The position numbers and the translations under genes are program-made. Positions 26,636 through 36,821 of a DNA stretch of 64,000 bases are shown in pieces; positions within the stretch are counted from its first letter, which is position 1; every line of letters starts with the position of its first letter. The DNA is taken from the IMG/VR virus record IMGVR_UViG_3300017917_001562, positions 32,001 to 96,000 of that record, one strand, 5' to 3'. Under the pieces are notes generated by a model. It was not told the origin of the DNA, ran no database searches, and saw only the letters and a program-made list of their open reading frames with translations. The stretch comes from a virus.

Positions 26636-27607
26636 TTAATCCGGATAACTTGCAGATAAAAATTCTGCAAAACTGGTATTGCTTTCGCTTAGTTTAATAA
26701 GGTCGTACTTGCCGCAAAATTTAAGAAACTGTGCGCCAATCATTGGTTTGTTTTTCTGAACAGCATTTTCCTGAATAGTCTCAATGATTTTAAGTTTGAT
26801 ATCGTCAGGCTGTGCAGACAAATCAACTAGTACACGATTACGATTATAATCGTCTAGGACTTTGTGCTCAATATCATTGTGATCGGTCCAACGCTGTAGC
26901 ATTAAATTATTCCAAGCAAAGCCTTTGTTGTCTCTGTCATTGTATGCTTCTAGGAGTTTTGTTTTACGAACGCCAGGATAAGCACTAAACACATTGTCAG
27001 TGGGATCACCACGGATGCATTTTTCAAACAAGATCCATTCTGGGTCGGGGATAGTCTTAGGCTCTTTGGTTTTCTTATCAATTACAGGCCGACCTTTTTT
27101 ATCAAAGATACCTTCAATGGTATGAAGCTCGTCTGCAATGCCATTGTACTGATTAACATTTTCAGCCAACAGTTGATGAAAGTCAGTGTCTGAGCTTACG
27201 ATTGTGTGGTGATCTTCAGGGTGACTTTGAATCCATCCTGCCACCAAGTCATCTGCTTCCAAGCAGTCGTGCCGGAGAACAGTACAATTTGTCTTGTCGA
27301 TGAGATATGTTTTGAGTGCGTCAAAAGTCTCCCAAAATAGTCGATCTTCTTCTTGTTCGGCTTCTGTCTGCGCTGATCTTGCGACTGCACGGTTTTTCTT
27401 GTAGGGTTCATAGTAATCTTTGCGCCACGAACGGCCCTCTAAACAAAATACTACATGGTCTGCTTTTTGATCTCGCCATGCTTTATTAACGCTGCCTAGC
27501 GTAACATGCATGGCAAAACCTAGTCGATCCCAAGTATCGGCTTGACGATGTGCTGCGTGGCGAGCACGGAAGAATGTATTGGCTGTGTCAACAATAAGAT
27601 ATCGCAT
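26636..27607 (-). CDS. rnh: T4 RNase H-like 5'-3' exonuclease
   Basis: IVD, SWRK-YY--YKKNR, EADD, SSDTDF and GDPTDNV motifs. Confidence 0.88.
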   Translation of the reverse strand: MRYLIVDTANTFFRARHAAHRQADTWDRLGFAMHVTLGSVNKAWRDQKADHVVFCLEGRSWRKDYYEPYKKNRAVARSAQTEAEQEEDRLFWETFDALKTYLIDKTNCTVLRHDCLEADDLVAGWIQSHPEDHHTIVSSDTDFHQLLAENVNQYNGIADELHTIEGIFDKKGRPVIDKKTKEPKTIPDPEWILFEKCIRGDPTDNVFSAYPGVRKTKLLEAYNDRDNKGFAWNNLMLQRWTDHNDIEHKVLDDYNRNRVLVDLSAQPDDIKLKIIETIQENAVQKNKPMIGAQFLKFCGKYDLIKLSESNTSFAEFLSASYPD

Positions 27608-27624
27608 AGGATTATAATAGCATA

Positions 27625-28275
27625 TTATTCATTTGTAGTCAATATGCTTTTAACTTTTGGTAAAATGAAATCTGCCCAAGCTAGATGTGCCTCTGCACCA
27701 TAATGATAATATTTTGGATTAGCAGGTTTAAATCCTGCATTTTCCAACCAAAAATAATAGGTAAAATTTTTGTCGTAAGGGTCGATGTAACTTTTACCCC
27801 AATCATATTTAGATTTATTTTGTCTTATTGTATAAAAGAAATGACTATAGCAGTTAAAAAACAAGTGAGGAATATGTTTTATTTTTTGATGAAATTCCCA
27901 AATTTTATCGTGTGCTGTAAATTCATTGAGCCATTGTTGTTCAGGAACACTTTGGTCAATTACCCATTGTTTATACTTGTATTGTAATTCTAAAGGAACA
28001 GTATCATACCCACTAGCAGTAATATTGTAAGCCTCATCGTTCCAATACCAAGTTTCTCGCTCCCAAGTGCTCCACCCAATGATTAGAAAATCTGGTGTGT
28101 TGGATTCTAAATAACTTAAAGTTCTTTGTATAATGCTGTCATTGCTACAGCCTTGAACAGCTGCACACACATATTCATAACCTAATGCATCTGCTATGTG
28201 TTTACCATAGGCAAAATTTGGACCACCGGCATCATGCCCTGCACTGTGGCTGTCACCGTCTACATATAGTTTCAT
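27625..28275 (-). CDS. SGNH/GDSL-hydrolase-like protein
   Basis: GDSHSAG, G-SN, and HYG near the C-terminus. Confidence 0.55.
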   Translation of the reverse strand: MKLYVDGDSHSAGHDAGGPNFAYGKHIADALGYEYVCAAVQGCSNDSIIQRTLSYLESNTPDFLIIGWSTWERETWYWNDEAYNITASGYDTVPLELQYKYKQWVIDQSVPEQQWLNEFTAHDKIWEFHQKIKHIPHLFFNCYSHFFYTIRQNKSKYDWGKSYIDPYDKNFTYYFWLENAGFKPANPKYYHYGAEAHLAWADFILPKVKSILTTNE

Positions 28276-28502
28276 ACATATTTCAGTGTTATAAATGAAG
28301 CAAGACTTTCGTCGTCTAGACTTATATTAATATTGCCGCTATAAAAGCCACGATCAATGGCCCAATGCTTGCCACCTACCCTAGAGTGTAAATAGTAAGT
28401 TCTTACACCAACATTTTGTTCTAAATAACATTGAACTTCGCGTTCGTGCTTTGACGGAATAGTAAATGTTACTTTGAATTTTTGTTCAAGTACACTAGGC
28501 AT
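28272..28502 (-). CDS. Orphan array-family member (ends ASFITLKYV)
   Basis: YLEQNVG...W; C-terminal motif; ATGA coupling. Confidence 0.65.
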   Translation of the reverse strand: MPSVLEQKFKVTFTIPSKHEREVQCYLEQNVGVRTYYLHSRVGGKHWAIDRGFYSGNINISLDDESLASFITLKYV

Positions 28503-28864
28503 TAACTTACCTCTGTGCGGCCGCCACCCAAATCAGTTTTCTTCACACCACTGGTCGGCCTAGGATTGTTTGCTTCATATTGTTCAAATGTTTCAAGCAC
28601 AACATTACGACAAACATCTTGGAACCAACGGTCCACAATGTCTGCATCTGTTTTGCCTTGGTATCCTGCACGAAGTAGTTTGGTAATGAATTGATCATTC
28701 CAATCAAGCTCAAACGCACCTTGCCCTACATTTTCGGGATCTAAATCAATGCTGAGAATATTAACATAAGGCTCATTACGCTTGGTTGCTTCTGCCTTGG
28801 GATCTTTTACTTTTACTGTTAATTTACCTGCTGTCTTTTTAGCAGGAGTCTTTGCTGTTGCCAT
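28502..28864 (-). CDS. Hypothetical protein
   Basis: FELDWND...IVDRWF. Confidence 0.7.
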   Translation of the reverse strand: MATAKTPAKKTAGKLTVKVKDPKAEATKRNEPYVNILSIDLDPENVGQGAFELDWNDQFITKLLRAGYQGKTDADIVDRWFQDVCRNVVLETFEQYEANNPRPTSGVKKTDLGGGRTEVS

Positions 28865-29121
28865 TAATGATTCCTTTTTAACTGCCATATTATGTATTCG
28901 GTCTTTTCAATCCAGTAGTGTTTTACTATTGGTTCACCTGGACCGGTAATCCATCTTTCGCCATGGTACGCATACTTACCCCACAATGGTTTTCCTGTTA
29001 AATAACACCGCTGTGGACGCCAACATAGTTTTAAATCCCAGTATCCTGCTTGTTTCAATCCCCAGTCTTCACTAGGTGGTGATGCTTGTGGACTCATATC
29101 TAACATACGCATAATCTCCAT
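28864..29121 (-). CDS. Hypothetical protein
   Basis: 85-aa Trp-rich ORF. Confidence 0.6.
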   Translation of the reverse strand: MEIMRMLDMSPQASPPSEDWGLKQAGYWDLKLCWRPQRCYLTGKPLWGKYAYHGERWITGPGEPIVKHYWIEKTEYIIWQLKRNH

Positions 29122-29996
29122 TAAGCTAAACTGGCATATAAATGTTGTTGCAAGTTCAATCGCAACCCATGTTGAATACAGTATTGTCCTGTGTACTCAT
29201 GATTGGCTTGATTGTCTCGCAAGTTCAACAAACCTGGTTCCCAAAAACTAATAACTTCATCTACTGTACTGCGTTCAGCCATTGTGATTTGACCTTTTTC
29301 TGCGCGAAGTAATTTAATCTTTTGTGGGAAACTATTATAGACATTCATTGGACTGCAATAAATTTCTTTGTCTGGATTATTCCGTTTCCATTCTAGTGCC
29401 CAGTCTGGAATACTGTTATATGGACTGTCTGGGTCTGCACTCATAACAAACTTTAAACAGTCTGCACGGTCTAGAATAGTTTTACTTGGTGCTAGATATT
29501 TAACAGCTCTGCCGTTCTTTTCCATACACTTAGGACTGCATACAAGAGTAACGCCATCCGGTACATGAGTATCAGGAATGCCATTGCTTTCAACTTGTAC
29601 TGCCTTAAAATGGTTCAACTGCCTAGCCATCCATGGTGTAATGTTATCCTGTAGCAGTGGTTCTCCACCGGTCATTACCAACACAACGCCCGGATAATCA
29701 TTGCGGCCACGAACTGCCCACGCAGGAACTTCTTGTCCTTGGCTGACCCAAAAGTCACGAATAGTATCATACATCTTTGCTTCAATGTCAGCAAAGGTCA
29801 ACCAATCACCGTCATCAAAGAAAGTGTCACAGAAACTACAATCTAAATTACACTTGGCTAATCTAATAAAGAACGCAGGCATACCAGCATAAGGACCTTC
29901 ACCCTGTAGCGTAAAAAACATACTGGTTACAAATAATTGATTTTCTGGTGCGTCTTTAAAGTATTTCTTACCAATGATAGCGTTAGTTCCAAACAT
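29121..29996 (-). CDS. queE: 7-carboxy-7-deazaguanine synthase (radical SAM)
   Basis: FFTLQGEG, CNLDCSFCDT, TGGEP, ESNG, SPK and QQH motifs. Confidence 0.92.
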   Translation of the reverse strand: MFGTNAIIGKKYFKDAPENQLFVTSMFFTLQGEGPYAGMPAFFIRLAKCNLDCSFCDTFFDDGDWLTFADIEAKMYDTIRDFWVSQGQEVPAWAVRGRNDYPGVVLVMTGGEPLLQDNITPWMARQLNHFKAVQVESNGIPDTHVPDGVTLVCSPKCMEKNGRAVKYLAPSKTILDRADCLKFVMSADPDSPYNSIPDWALEWKRNNPDKEIYCSPMNVYNSFPQKIKLLRAEKGQITMAERSTVDEVISFWEPGLLNLRDNQANHEYTGQYCIQHGLRLNLQQHLYASLA

Positions 29997-30022
29997 TTTA
30001 TTCCTTGCTGATAATTTTTATT

Positions 30023-30871
30023 TTATGATCCGCAGTTATTAACACATACAGGATGTGTTAAATCTAACTCATTATAAAGTAATTCTGCGACATTGTCAAC
30101 ATCATCTATTGTTGATTTGTAACAGCATGTGCTAAATTTGCCGTTAGCAGCCAAATAGATGCCGGGCTGAGTCAAATGCATACAATTTTCTGTCAAAACC
30201 TTTTTGTTATTTAGATTAAATTTTATAAGAGGTAAAATAGTTTTTGGTGGAAATAACTTATAATCATTTCCTGTGCGATAATGTTTTACATTTTCTATAT
30301 TTCTTGACGATTTTACAAGTTTAAATTTTTTAAAACCTAATTTTTGACTTAGCTTTAAGCAATCTTTAATTTGATGTTCGTTGTGTTCAAAAGGAATAAA
30401 TTGCCATGTAGCTGTACCACCCGATTGTATAAATGCTGTTGCGTTATTAATGATTTTTTCATATGAAGTGCCTTGACGATATATTTCATGAATTTTTTCT
30501 AATCCATCAATGCCAAACCATACATCGTGTTCGATATCAGATAATTGTTTAGCGAAATCAGACCACCACTTAACAGACCTTAAACTACCATTGGTATGGA
30601 TTTGTATTTTTTTAACATACTTTTTTGCAATATCTATAAATTGGTTTATTTTACTTGCAGCAATAGGATCTCCAAAATTTCCACACAGTTGAATTGCATA
30701 AAGATTTTTAAGTTGTTGTAAAGTGTCTTCAAAGATCTTTGTATCTAAATCTTGTTCAGTAATAAAATCAGAAAGACCAAAACCGTTATTGTTTCTGGGG
30801 CATTGTGGACACCATGCATTACATTTACTTGTTGGTTCTACATGCAACCATTTTACATCATTGAGAGTCAT
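30023..30871 (-). CDS. Radical SAM protein
   Basis: CNAWCPQC, GDP, HTNG and IDG motifs. Confidence 0.85.
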   Translation of the reverse strand: MTLNDVKWLHVEPTSKCNAWCPQCPRNNNGFGLSDFITEQDLDTKIFEDTLQQLKNLYAIQLCGNFGDPIAASKINQFIDIAKKYVKKIQIHTNGSLRSVKWWSDFAKQLSDIEHDVWFGIDGLEKIHEIYRQGTSYEKIINNATAFIQSGGTATWQFIPFEHNEHQIKDCLKLSQKLGFKKFKLVKSSRNIENVKHYRTGNDYKLFPPKTILPLIKFNLNNKKVLTENCMHLTQPGIYLAANGKFSTCCYKSTIDDVDNVAELLYNELDLTHPVCVNNCGS

Positions 30872-31139
30872 TATACAAATTTGACCAAACTTTTAGTTTT
30901 TCAATCTTATTATACTTTGCTTTATTTAGGTTGTCAAGGTCAAGTATGCCTTTTTCTATTAAGATATCAACTAAGGCCAACATGTCACCAATTTCCAATT
31001 CTAGCATTTCTTTGTGCAGCTGACCTGTTTTATAGTGTTTGGTATCTAAACCAAATCGTCGTATCTTACTGACTTCCACAATAACTTCAGCACATTCTTC
31101 TTGCAGAATGCCCAATGCTTCTTCGACTTGTTTGTTCAT
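30858..31139 (-). CDS. MazG-like NTP pyrophosphohydrolase
   Basis: EECAE...EIGD motif. Confidence 0.75.
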   Translation of the reverse strand: MNKQVEEALGILQEECAEVIVEVSKIRRFGLDTKHYKTGQLHKEMLELEIGDMLALVDILIEKGILDLDNLNKAKYNKIEKLKVWSNLYNDSQ

Positions 31140-31756
31140 TTTTTAACTTTACAATTATCTAAATGCCATCTAACCATAGCGCCTTTCGGACCTTGTTTGC
31201 CACAATGTGGACAAATGACAGGAGGCATACTATTCATATGAGTTGTGCGAGCATAAGGATTTGATTTTCCTTTATTCCACGGCTCTCTGCCTTTACAAGA
31301 TTCGCTTATTTTTTTGCCCCATGTGATTTCTCTCCCTTTTAATCTATTAGAAATTTTCTGACGAATTTCGGGAAGTTTGGCATAGTTACTATCCCCAACA
31401 TATCTATTAGGTTCTTGTTCGTAACCAAATCTATTGCCGTGTGTTTTGCGGTGACTAGCCGGGCCCGCACCGCCCTGGCCGTCTTCTGGAACTAAATTAG
31501 CAAAATCTTTGCTCTCTACTATATTCCATTTTTCACTGTAATGCAATCCGAGTGTTCTTGCTTCTTCTATCGTTGCACATTTTGCAATTATTTCTGTAGT
31601 TATGTCATCACCATATTTTTCTAAATGGCTTGTCCAATATACCCCGCTACCTTTATATCTATAGCAAGAATCTTCGTATTCAGTAATATGACGACATAGA
31701 TACTTTAGACCTGTTTTATTGTGAGTTTTTAATAATAAATATATTTTTTTGTCCAT
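31136..31756 (-). CDS. Seg/GIY-YIG-like homing endonuclease
   Basis: KTHNKTGLKY, YKGSG-YW, PWNKG, CPHC...RWH. Confidence 0.75.
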   Translation of the reverse strand: MDKKIYLLLKTHNKTGLKYLCRHITEYEDSCYRYKGSGVYWTSHLEKYGDDITTEIIAKCATIEEARTLGLHYSEKWNIVESKDFANLVPEDGQGGAGPASHRKTHGNRFGYEQEPNRYVGDSNYAKLPEIRQKISNRLKGREITWGKKISESCKGREPWNKGKSNPYARTTHMNSMPPVICPHCGKQGPKGAMVRWHLDNCKVKK

Positions 31757-31802
31757 CAAGTATACCCCCAATGTATTTAGCTTTTGGCGGTATATTTGCT
31801 GG

Positions 31803-32837
31803 TTATTTACTGATAGTATCTCGCTCATGAATGGTATTATATTGAGTGTTAACGCGAACAAATGTGGTGCATTTTGGCAATTGTTTAAGGGTTTCGGCGC
31901 CTACATACGAGCAGGTACTCCGAATGCCACCTAAAATATTTTGAACTACAGTACCTACGTCTCCTTTATGGGGGATACTAACTGTTCGGCCTTCGCTCGA
32001 TCTATAATCTTTTAATCCGCCGAAATGTTTTTCATTTGCAGTATCACTGCTCATCCCATAAAATATAACCTTACCATCTAAAATTTCGCCCCCGCCTTGG
32101 TTTGTTCCTGCTAACATTGAACCAAGCATGACAAAGTCCGCGCCTGCGCCAAATGCTTTAGCCACATCGCCTGGGCAAGTGCAACCGCCATCAGCAATAA
32201 TATGGGCATTGAGGCCATGAGCCGCATCAGCGCACTCAATAATCGCACTAAGTTGCGGGTAGCCAACCCCAGTTTGTATCCTAGTTGTACATACCGATCC
32301 CGGCCCGATTCCGACTTTAACAATGTCTGCTCCTCGTAAAATAAGTTCTTGTGTCATGTCTGCGGTAACAACATTACCAGCAATGATAGTTTTATCTGGA
32401 AAGGCTTCACGCACTGTTGCTACATAGTCGGCAAATCTTTCCTGATAACCGTTGGCAACATCAATACAAATAAATTTAACTTCGGGGTAGGTATTAACAA
32501 TCAACTTTAACCGAGTAAAATCACTATCACTGGTACCAGTACTGACAGCAAAGTATTTTCCACCAAACTGACCTACTAGATCATATAAATCAGTTTCGTT
32601 ATAATTTTTAACAAGGCATGTAAACATTTGATGCTTATACAATGCCTTGGCCATATCAAGGGTTCCTACCCCGTCCATGTTACTGGCCATGATAGGAACT
32701 CCCTGCCACTCATATCGACTGTGTTTAAATCGATAAATTTTGGTTAGATCAACTTGTTTCCTGCTGTGTAGAGTACTGCGCTTGGGCCGTATCAGCACAT
32801 CGCGAAAATCAAGTTTAACTTCGTCTTCAATTCTCAT
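31803..32837 (-). CDS. guaC: GMP reductase
   Basis: [26 protein letters not shown] and FYGMSS motifs; no CBS domains. Confidence 0.93.
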   Translation of the reverse strand: MRIEDEVKLDFRDVLIRPKRSTLHSRKQVDLTKIYRFKHSRYEWQGVPIMASNMDGVGTLDMAKALYKHQMFTCLVKNYNETDLYDLVGQFGGKYFAVSTGTSDSDFTRLKLIVNTYPEVKFICIDVANGYQERFADYVATVREAFPDKTIIAGNVVTADMTQELILRGADIVKVGIGPGSVCTTRIQTGVGYPQLSAIIECADAAHGLNAHIIADGGCTCPGDVAKAFGAGADFVMLGSMLAGTNQGGGEILDGKVIFYGMSSDTANEKHFGGLKDYRSSEGRTVSIPHKGDVGTVVQNILGGIRSTCSYVGAETLKQLPKCTTFVRVNTQYNTIHERDTISK

Positions 32838-34009
32838 AATTTTTCTTTTATTAATTCCACTATCTGTTTGGCAGTAACAGCACCTAAAGTCCATCCTAGG
32901 TGACCGTGTCCTGTATTATAAAATATTTTTTGATTTTTGTCACTCTGTTTAACAACAGGCATCATATTCGGAGTCATTGGCCTCAAACAAGTCCATTGAC
33001 TGTAGTCATGCGTGTTCATTTCTGGAAAGTTTGTATGTACCCAGTTTAACAAAGGTTCTATTCTTTCTCTTTTAATGTCGTAGTTTTCGCCAGCCAGTTC
33101 GGCTGTGCCTGCAACTCTAAATCTATTACCTAAACTACTAGTAACGATTTTAGCTTCGTCATCTAGTAAACTTACTTGTGGACAGTTTACATTGTTGATA
33201 GTAATGCTGTAACCTTTTACTGGATAAACATCTAACCTATCACCTATACTTCTTGCTAGTCGTTCGCTACCAACACCTGCTGAAACAATTACAGCGTCAA
33301 AACTTTTGGCGTATGCAGGTAAAGAATTAGCTTCCACATTATTAGAAAATGTAACTTGATACTTATTTTTAAGGATATCCATAAGTTCGTAACAAAATTT
33401 ATGAATGTCCCCAGTCCAGTCACTGGCTGTAAAAGTCGCACCTACGCAACCTTGTATATTTTTTAAAGTTGGATCGTATATTGTAATAGATTCAACAGGT
33501 ATAATTTCCCGATCTAATCCGTGTTTGTTATATAATTGTGTAGTTTCTTTTGCATTTTGATAATAACTAAGTGATTTATAAAAATGTAAAATACCACAAT
33601 TGCTTCTATCAAAATTTATTTGTTCTTCATTGCAGATTTCATCATAAAGTTTTCTAGACTCTAACCCTAACTCTACAGTTTTAACTGTGTTAGCTTTGTA
33701 TGCACCTGTGTAAGTATAATAAAGAAATTTAACAATCCATCGCCACATTGACCAATCTAGTCTCCAGGGTTTAAATAACAAAGGAGCGTCTTTTTTGAAC
33801 ATCCATTTAATGCCTTTAAGGACATTGCTGTGTGTTGTCCATACTTCACTGTTACTTACACTAATCTGACCGCCATTTGCAAAACTGGTACGCATACCAG
33901 CATATCGTTCTTGATCGATTACTGTTACTGCGTACCCTTGTTTTGCGGCGTAGTAAGCAGACAAAACTCCCGTAATGCCTGCCCCTATAACTAACACCCG
34001 TTTTGACAT
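32834..34009 (-). CDS. dadA: D-amino-acid dehydrogenase-like FAD oxidoreductase
   Basis: [27 protein letters not shown] and [10 protein letters not shown] motifs. Confidence 0.85.
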   Translation of the reverse strand: MSKRVLVIGAGITGVLSAYYAAKQGYAVTVIDQERYAGMRTSFANGGQISVSNSEVWTTHSNVLKGIKWMFKKDAPLLFKPWRLDWSMWRWIVKFLYYTYTGAYKANTVKTVELGLESRKLYDEICNEEQINFDRSNCGILHFYKSLSYYQNAKETTQLYNKHGLDREIIPVESITIYDPTLKNIQGCVGATFTASDWTGDIHKFCYELMDILKNKYQVTFSNNVEANSLPAYAKSFDAVIVSAGVGSERLARSIGDRLDVYPVKGYSITINNVNCPQVSLLDDEAKIVTSSLGNRFRVAGTAELAGENYDIKRERIEPLLNWVHTNFPEMNTHDYSQWTCLRPMTPNMMPVVKQSDKNQKIFYNTGHGHLGWTLGAVTAKQIVELIKEKL

Positions 34010-34635
34010 CAAATTGCCTGTTCTTGATTGCCTAGTCGTTTTTGCAAATAGTTTAACAACATGCCATAAGCAGGAAGAATAACCAACAGGCTTACGATAA
34101 TTTTACTGATTGAATTATTGGTTGCAACAATGTGCCAGTTAGCAGCCATGAACTCATTGGCACCGTAAGCAAATGCTGTAAAGAAGAACACATAAGTGTC
34201 AAAGAATGTACTGACAATAGCACTTAGCGTTGGAGCAATGTACCATGTGTTAACATACTTTTCACGGAAGTATTGGAATACATAAACATCCAACAAGTTA
34301 CTCAGGAAGTAAGCAACACCCGAACCTAAACCGATTCGCAATGCTACGCTTTCTGGTGCACCACCTGCTAGCACTACAAGAATACTAACAATGATAGCAG
34401 GAATAAACGCCAAGCTGATTACAGCACGACCTGTTTCCTTACCAATCAAACGAACAGTCAAGTCCGTAAGTACAACTACCAATGGGAATGTAAAGGCCGC
34501 CGCGGCCAATGGGTACCCAAATACGCTCAATTTAAATTGAACAAGATAGTTTGAAATTGCGATAATAATGATGTGAGCCAACATCAACTTTGTCGCTAGT
34601 GCGCGGTCTACACCGGCTAATAGTTTGTCTAACAT
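34009..34635 (-). CDS. yhhQ: preQ0/preQ1 transporter (YhhQ/VUT family)
   Basis: SNYLVQ, FTFP...TDLTVR and DVYVF motifs; multi-TM; que context. Confidence 0.85.
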   Translation of the reverse strand: MLDKLLAGVDRALATKLMLAHIIIIAISNYLVQFKLSVFGYPLAAAAFTFPLVVVLTDLTVRLIGKETGRAVISLAFIPAIIVSILVVLAGGAPESVALRIGLGSGVAYFLSNLLDVYVFQYFREKYVNTWYIAPTLSAIVSTFFDTYVFFFTAFAYGANEFMAANWHIVATNNSISKIIVSLLVILPAYGMLLNYLQKRLGNQEQAI

Positions 34636-34644
34636 AGTTTCTCC

Positions 34645-34977
34645 TTAATGGTTTCGTTTGCCATCAAACACACATACAAAGTATAATGTTGAGGCTTGGC
34701 TTAAGTTATGAACACGATGAAATACACCGTCTTCTATTAGAACGACATCGCCACCTTGTACAGTGAATCGCTTGTCATCTAATTCCATTTCACCCATGCC
34801 ACTTACAAAGTAATAGACTTCTTCCTGGCCTGGGTGTTTGTGACCTCTTGTGCTTTGGTTTGGTTTCAACTCAGTTGAACTCAGCACAAGATTTTTTAGT
34901 GTTTTGTTGTCTTTAAGAACATAGGTTTCGTTGTCTTTTACAACTTCACCACCGATATCGTATAAACTGTGTTTCAT
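34645..34977 (-). CDS. Cupin domain protein
   Basis: H-H---EEVYYF-SG-G...FHRV. Confidence 0.8.
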   Translation of the reverse strand: MKHSLYDIGGEVVKDNETYVLKDNKTLKNLVLSSTELKPNQSTRGHKHPGQEEVYYFVSGMGEMELDDKRFTVQGGDVVLIEDGVFHRVHNLSQASTLYFVCVFDGKRNH

Positions 34978-35144
34978 TTGTTTTTTAGGTCTCCGCCTGT
35001 ACAGCTACCGTCTTCAAACCATTGCTCCATGGCCTGTCGACGATATTCTTCCAGCGCCTTTTGCCTTTGTCGTTCTGCTTCCAAAAAAGCAGGATCAGTT
35101 AAAGGCACTGTTTCGAATTCGTCTTTTGGTTTTGTTGTATTCAT
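34974..35144 (-). CDS. 56-aa hypothetical protein
   Basis: Read manually as MNTTKPKDEF...GGDLKNK*; ATGA-coupled on both sides. Confidence 0.55.
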   Translation of the reverse strand: MNTTKPKDEFETVPLTDPAFLEAERQRQKALEEYRRQAMEQWFEDGSCTGGDLKNK

Positions 35145-35647
35145 TCGAATAAATTTTCATTCCATTCGCGATAACCTTCGCGGAATGCCATATTGCTTTG
35201 TGTTTCGCGAACTTCAACACGATAGCACCAAAGTCTATTAGCTTCACCTTCACCTAGCAAGTCTGGAATATAAACGCCATTGACATACTTGTATAGCATG
35301 TCAGCAAGACCTTCACAGCCCAGTCTGGGCAGGATAGTTAACTTGGCCATTTTCTTTTCTTGCAGTACTTTGTATGTTTCCATCTCTGGATCATCTGCCG
35401 CAACTAACAGTGTATGATCAAATTGATCTTCAAGAATCTTTTTTAATTCTTTAAGGCCACCATAGTCCATGGCCCAATTACGAACATCTAGTTCGTTAGT
35501 GCCAAAGTAAAATTTCATACTGAAACTGTAACCGTGAATAGTGTTACAGTGACTGTCAGCACGCCATTGTCTATACGCACAGGGGAAAGCATCGTGATAT
35601 TCTTTTGTACTTACATATTTGTAATGTACAGGTTGTAGATTTGCCAT
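35141..35647 (-). CDS. queD: 6-carboxy-5,6,7,8-tetrahydropterin synthase
   Basis: CNTIHGY, DYG-LK, FDH and VRET motifs. Confidence 0.85.
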   Translation of the reverse strand: MANLQPVHYKYVSTKEYHDAFPCAYRQWRADSHCNTIHGYSFSMKFYFGTNELDVRNWAMDYGGLKELKKILEDQFDHTLLVAADDPEMETYKVLQEKKMAKLTILPRLGCEGLADMLYKYVNGVYIPDLLGEGEANRLWCYRVEVRETQSNMAFREGYREWNENLFE

Positions 35648-35680
35648 CTCTAGTCTCCTTTTATAAAGTAGCAAGGTTGA

Positions 35681-35724
35681 TGACACGCAGAGTATTTAAA
35701 GAGGGATGAGCGTCAAGACCTCTT
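35681..35724 (-). ncRNA. Putative preQ1-I-like pseudoknot riboswitch variant in the queD leader
   Basis: AAGAGG-UCUUGACGCUCAUC-CCUCUU-UAAAUACUCU-GCGUGUCA; loop ACGC pairs with downstream GCGU. Confidence 0.5.
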
Positions 35725-35734
35725 AAGCAAGTAT

Positions 35735-36277
35735 TTATCTTACTAGTTCCTCATAGTTTTCAAAGATGTTACTTAGAGTTTCTTTTTTGATATGGGCTTT
35801 TTCCATATACCATGCTTCATCGTTGATATTACCGATTGGTTTTTGACCTACAACAGATTCATAGTTGTTGATTAGTTCTGCTTCCATGGCCAATATTTCG
35901 TCTCTACTGTTTATAGATTCAAATGGATAGTTTGTAACGTCCCATACTGTTATTTTACAGTCTGTAACAGAAATGTCAATGCCGTATGTTAGTTTAAAAT
36001 CTTCTTCAATTACACGCCAGTCTGCACCGCTATGACCTCTTAGTCTTAGACTATTTGACCAACTGGCACTATGCCCTATTTGTCTATATAACCTATCACC
36101 ATAATTACGAGAATTATCAGCACTCATTCCAAATTTAATAACTATGCCTTTGTAAACTATCCTATATAGATATTTGTCTATGTTGTAGTGTGCAAGAATA
36201 TTACAAATTAAACTAGGATTGGATAATTTGGCGCCGTCAATATGATACTTAGGAATAATACTCCAATTAACCTTCAT
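35735..36277 (-). CDS. Hypothetical protein, possible GIY-YIG-like fold
   Basis: YLYRI...IKFGMS...E-ELI...GN; family call is weak. Confidence 0.55.
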   Translation of the reverse strand: MKVNWSIIPKYHIDGAKLSNPSLICNILAHYNIDKYLYRIVYKGIVIKFGMSADNSRNYGDRLYRQIGHSASWSNSLRLRGHSGADWRVIEEDFKLTYGIDISVTDCKITVWDVTNYPFESINSRDEILAMEAELINNYESVVGQKPIGNINDEAWYMEKAHIKKETLSNIFENYEELVR

Positions 36278-36819
36278 ACTGCCCACCATTCTTCCCAGGG
36301 AAAAACAATCCATTCAGGCGTTTCTTGTTTGTTAATTTCTTTACCAGCAAAGTCCATTTTTACACTGCATTTACTGGCCAGATTATCAATGGTAACAGCA
36401 AATTTAACATTGTTGTTCCAAACATCAGACCAAGCAGGGTCATTGGGCCTGCAACTATCCTGCCAATCCTTCATAATCCAATTGAAAGTTTCGCCGCTGT
36501 CATTGATATCATCTACTAGCAGAATATTTTTCCTTAGTGCAGGATTAGAATGACCAACCATGTCATCTACTCTGTGGTAACCGAACGCATCTTCAGCCAT
36601 CCATAAATTACTTTCAGGACCCATTGTGCTGTCACGCAACTGCACACTCAGCGTCTGCATAGGTGCATTTAGATAATGACTTAGTAACAGTGCAGGATAA
36701 AGTCCGCCTCTGGTGATGCCTACAATATAGTCGGGACGCCAATTGCTAGTAGCAATCTTGCGACCAATTTGGCTAACAAGACTTACATAATCTTTGTGTT
36801 TGTAATATGTTTTTTGCAT
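36274..36819 (-). CDS. Purine phosphoribosyltransferase (Gpt-like)
   Basis: VGITRGG, LLVDDINDSGET PRPP-binding loop, WIVFPWE. Confidence 0.88.
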   Translation of the reverse strand: MQKTYYKHKDYVSLVSQIGRKIATSNWRPDYIVGITRGGLYPALLLSHYLNAPMQTLSVQLRDSTMGPESNLWMAEDAFGYHRVDDMVGHSNPALRKNILLVDDINDSGETFNWIMKDWQDSCRPNDPAWSDVWNNNVKFAVTIDNLASKCSVKMDFAGKEINKQETPEWIVFPWEEWWAV

Positions 36820-36821
36820 GG

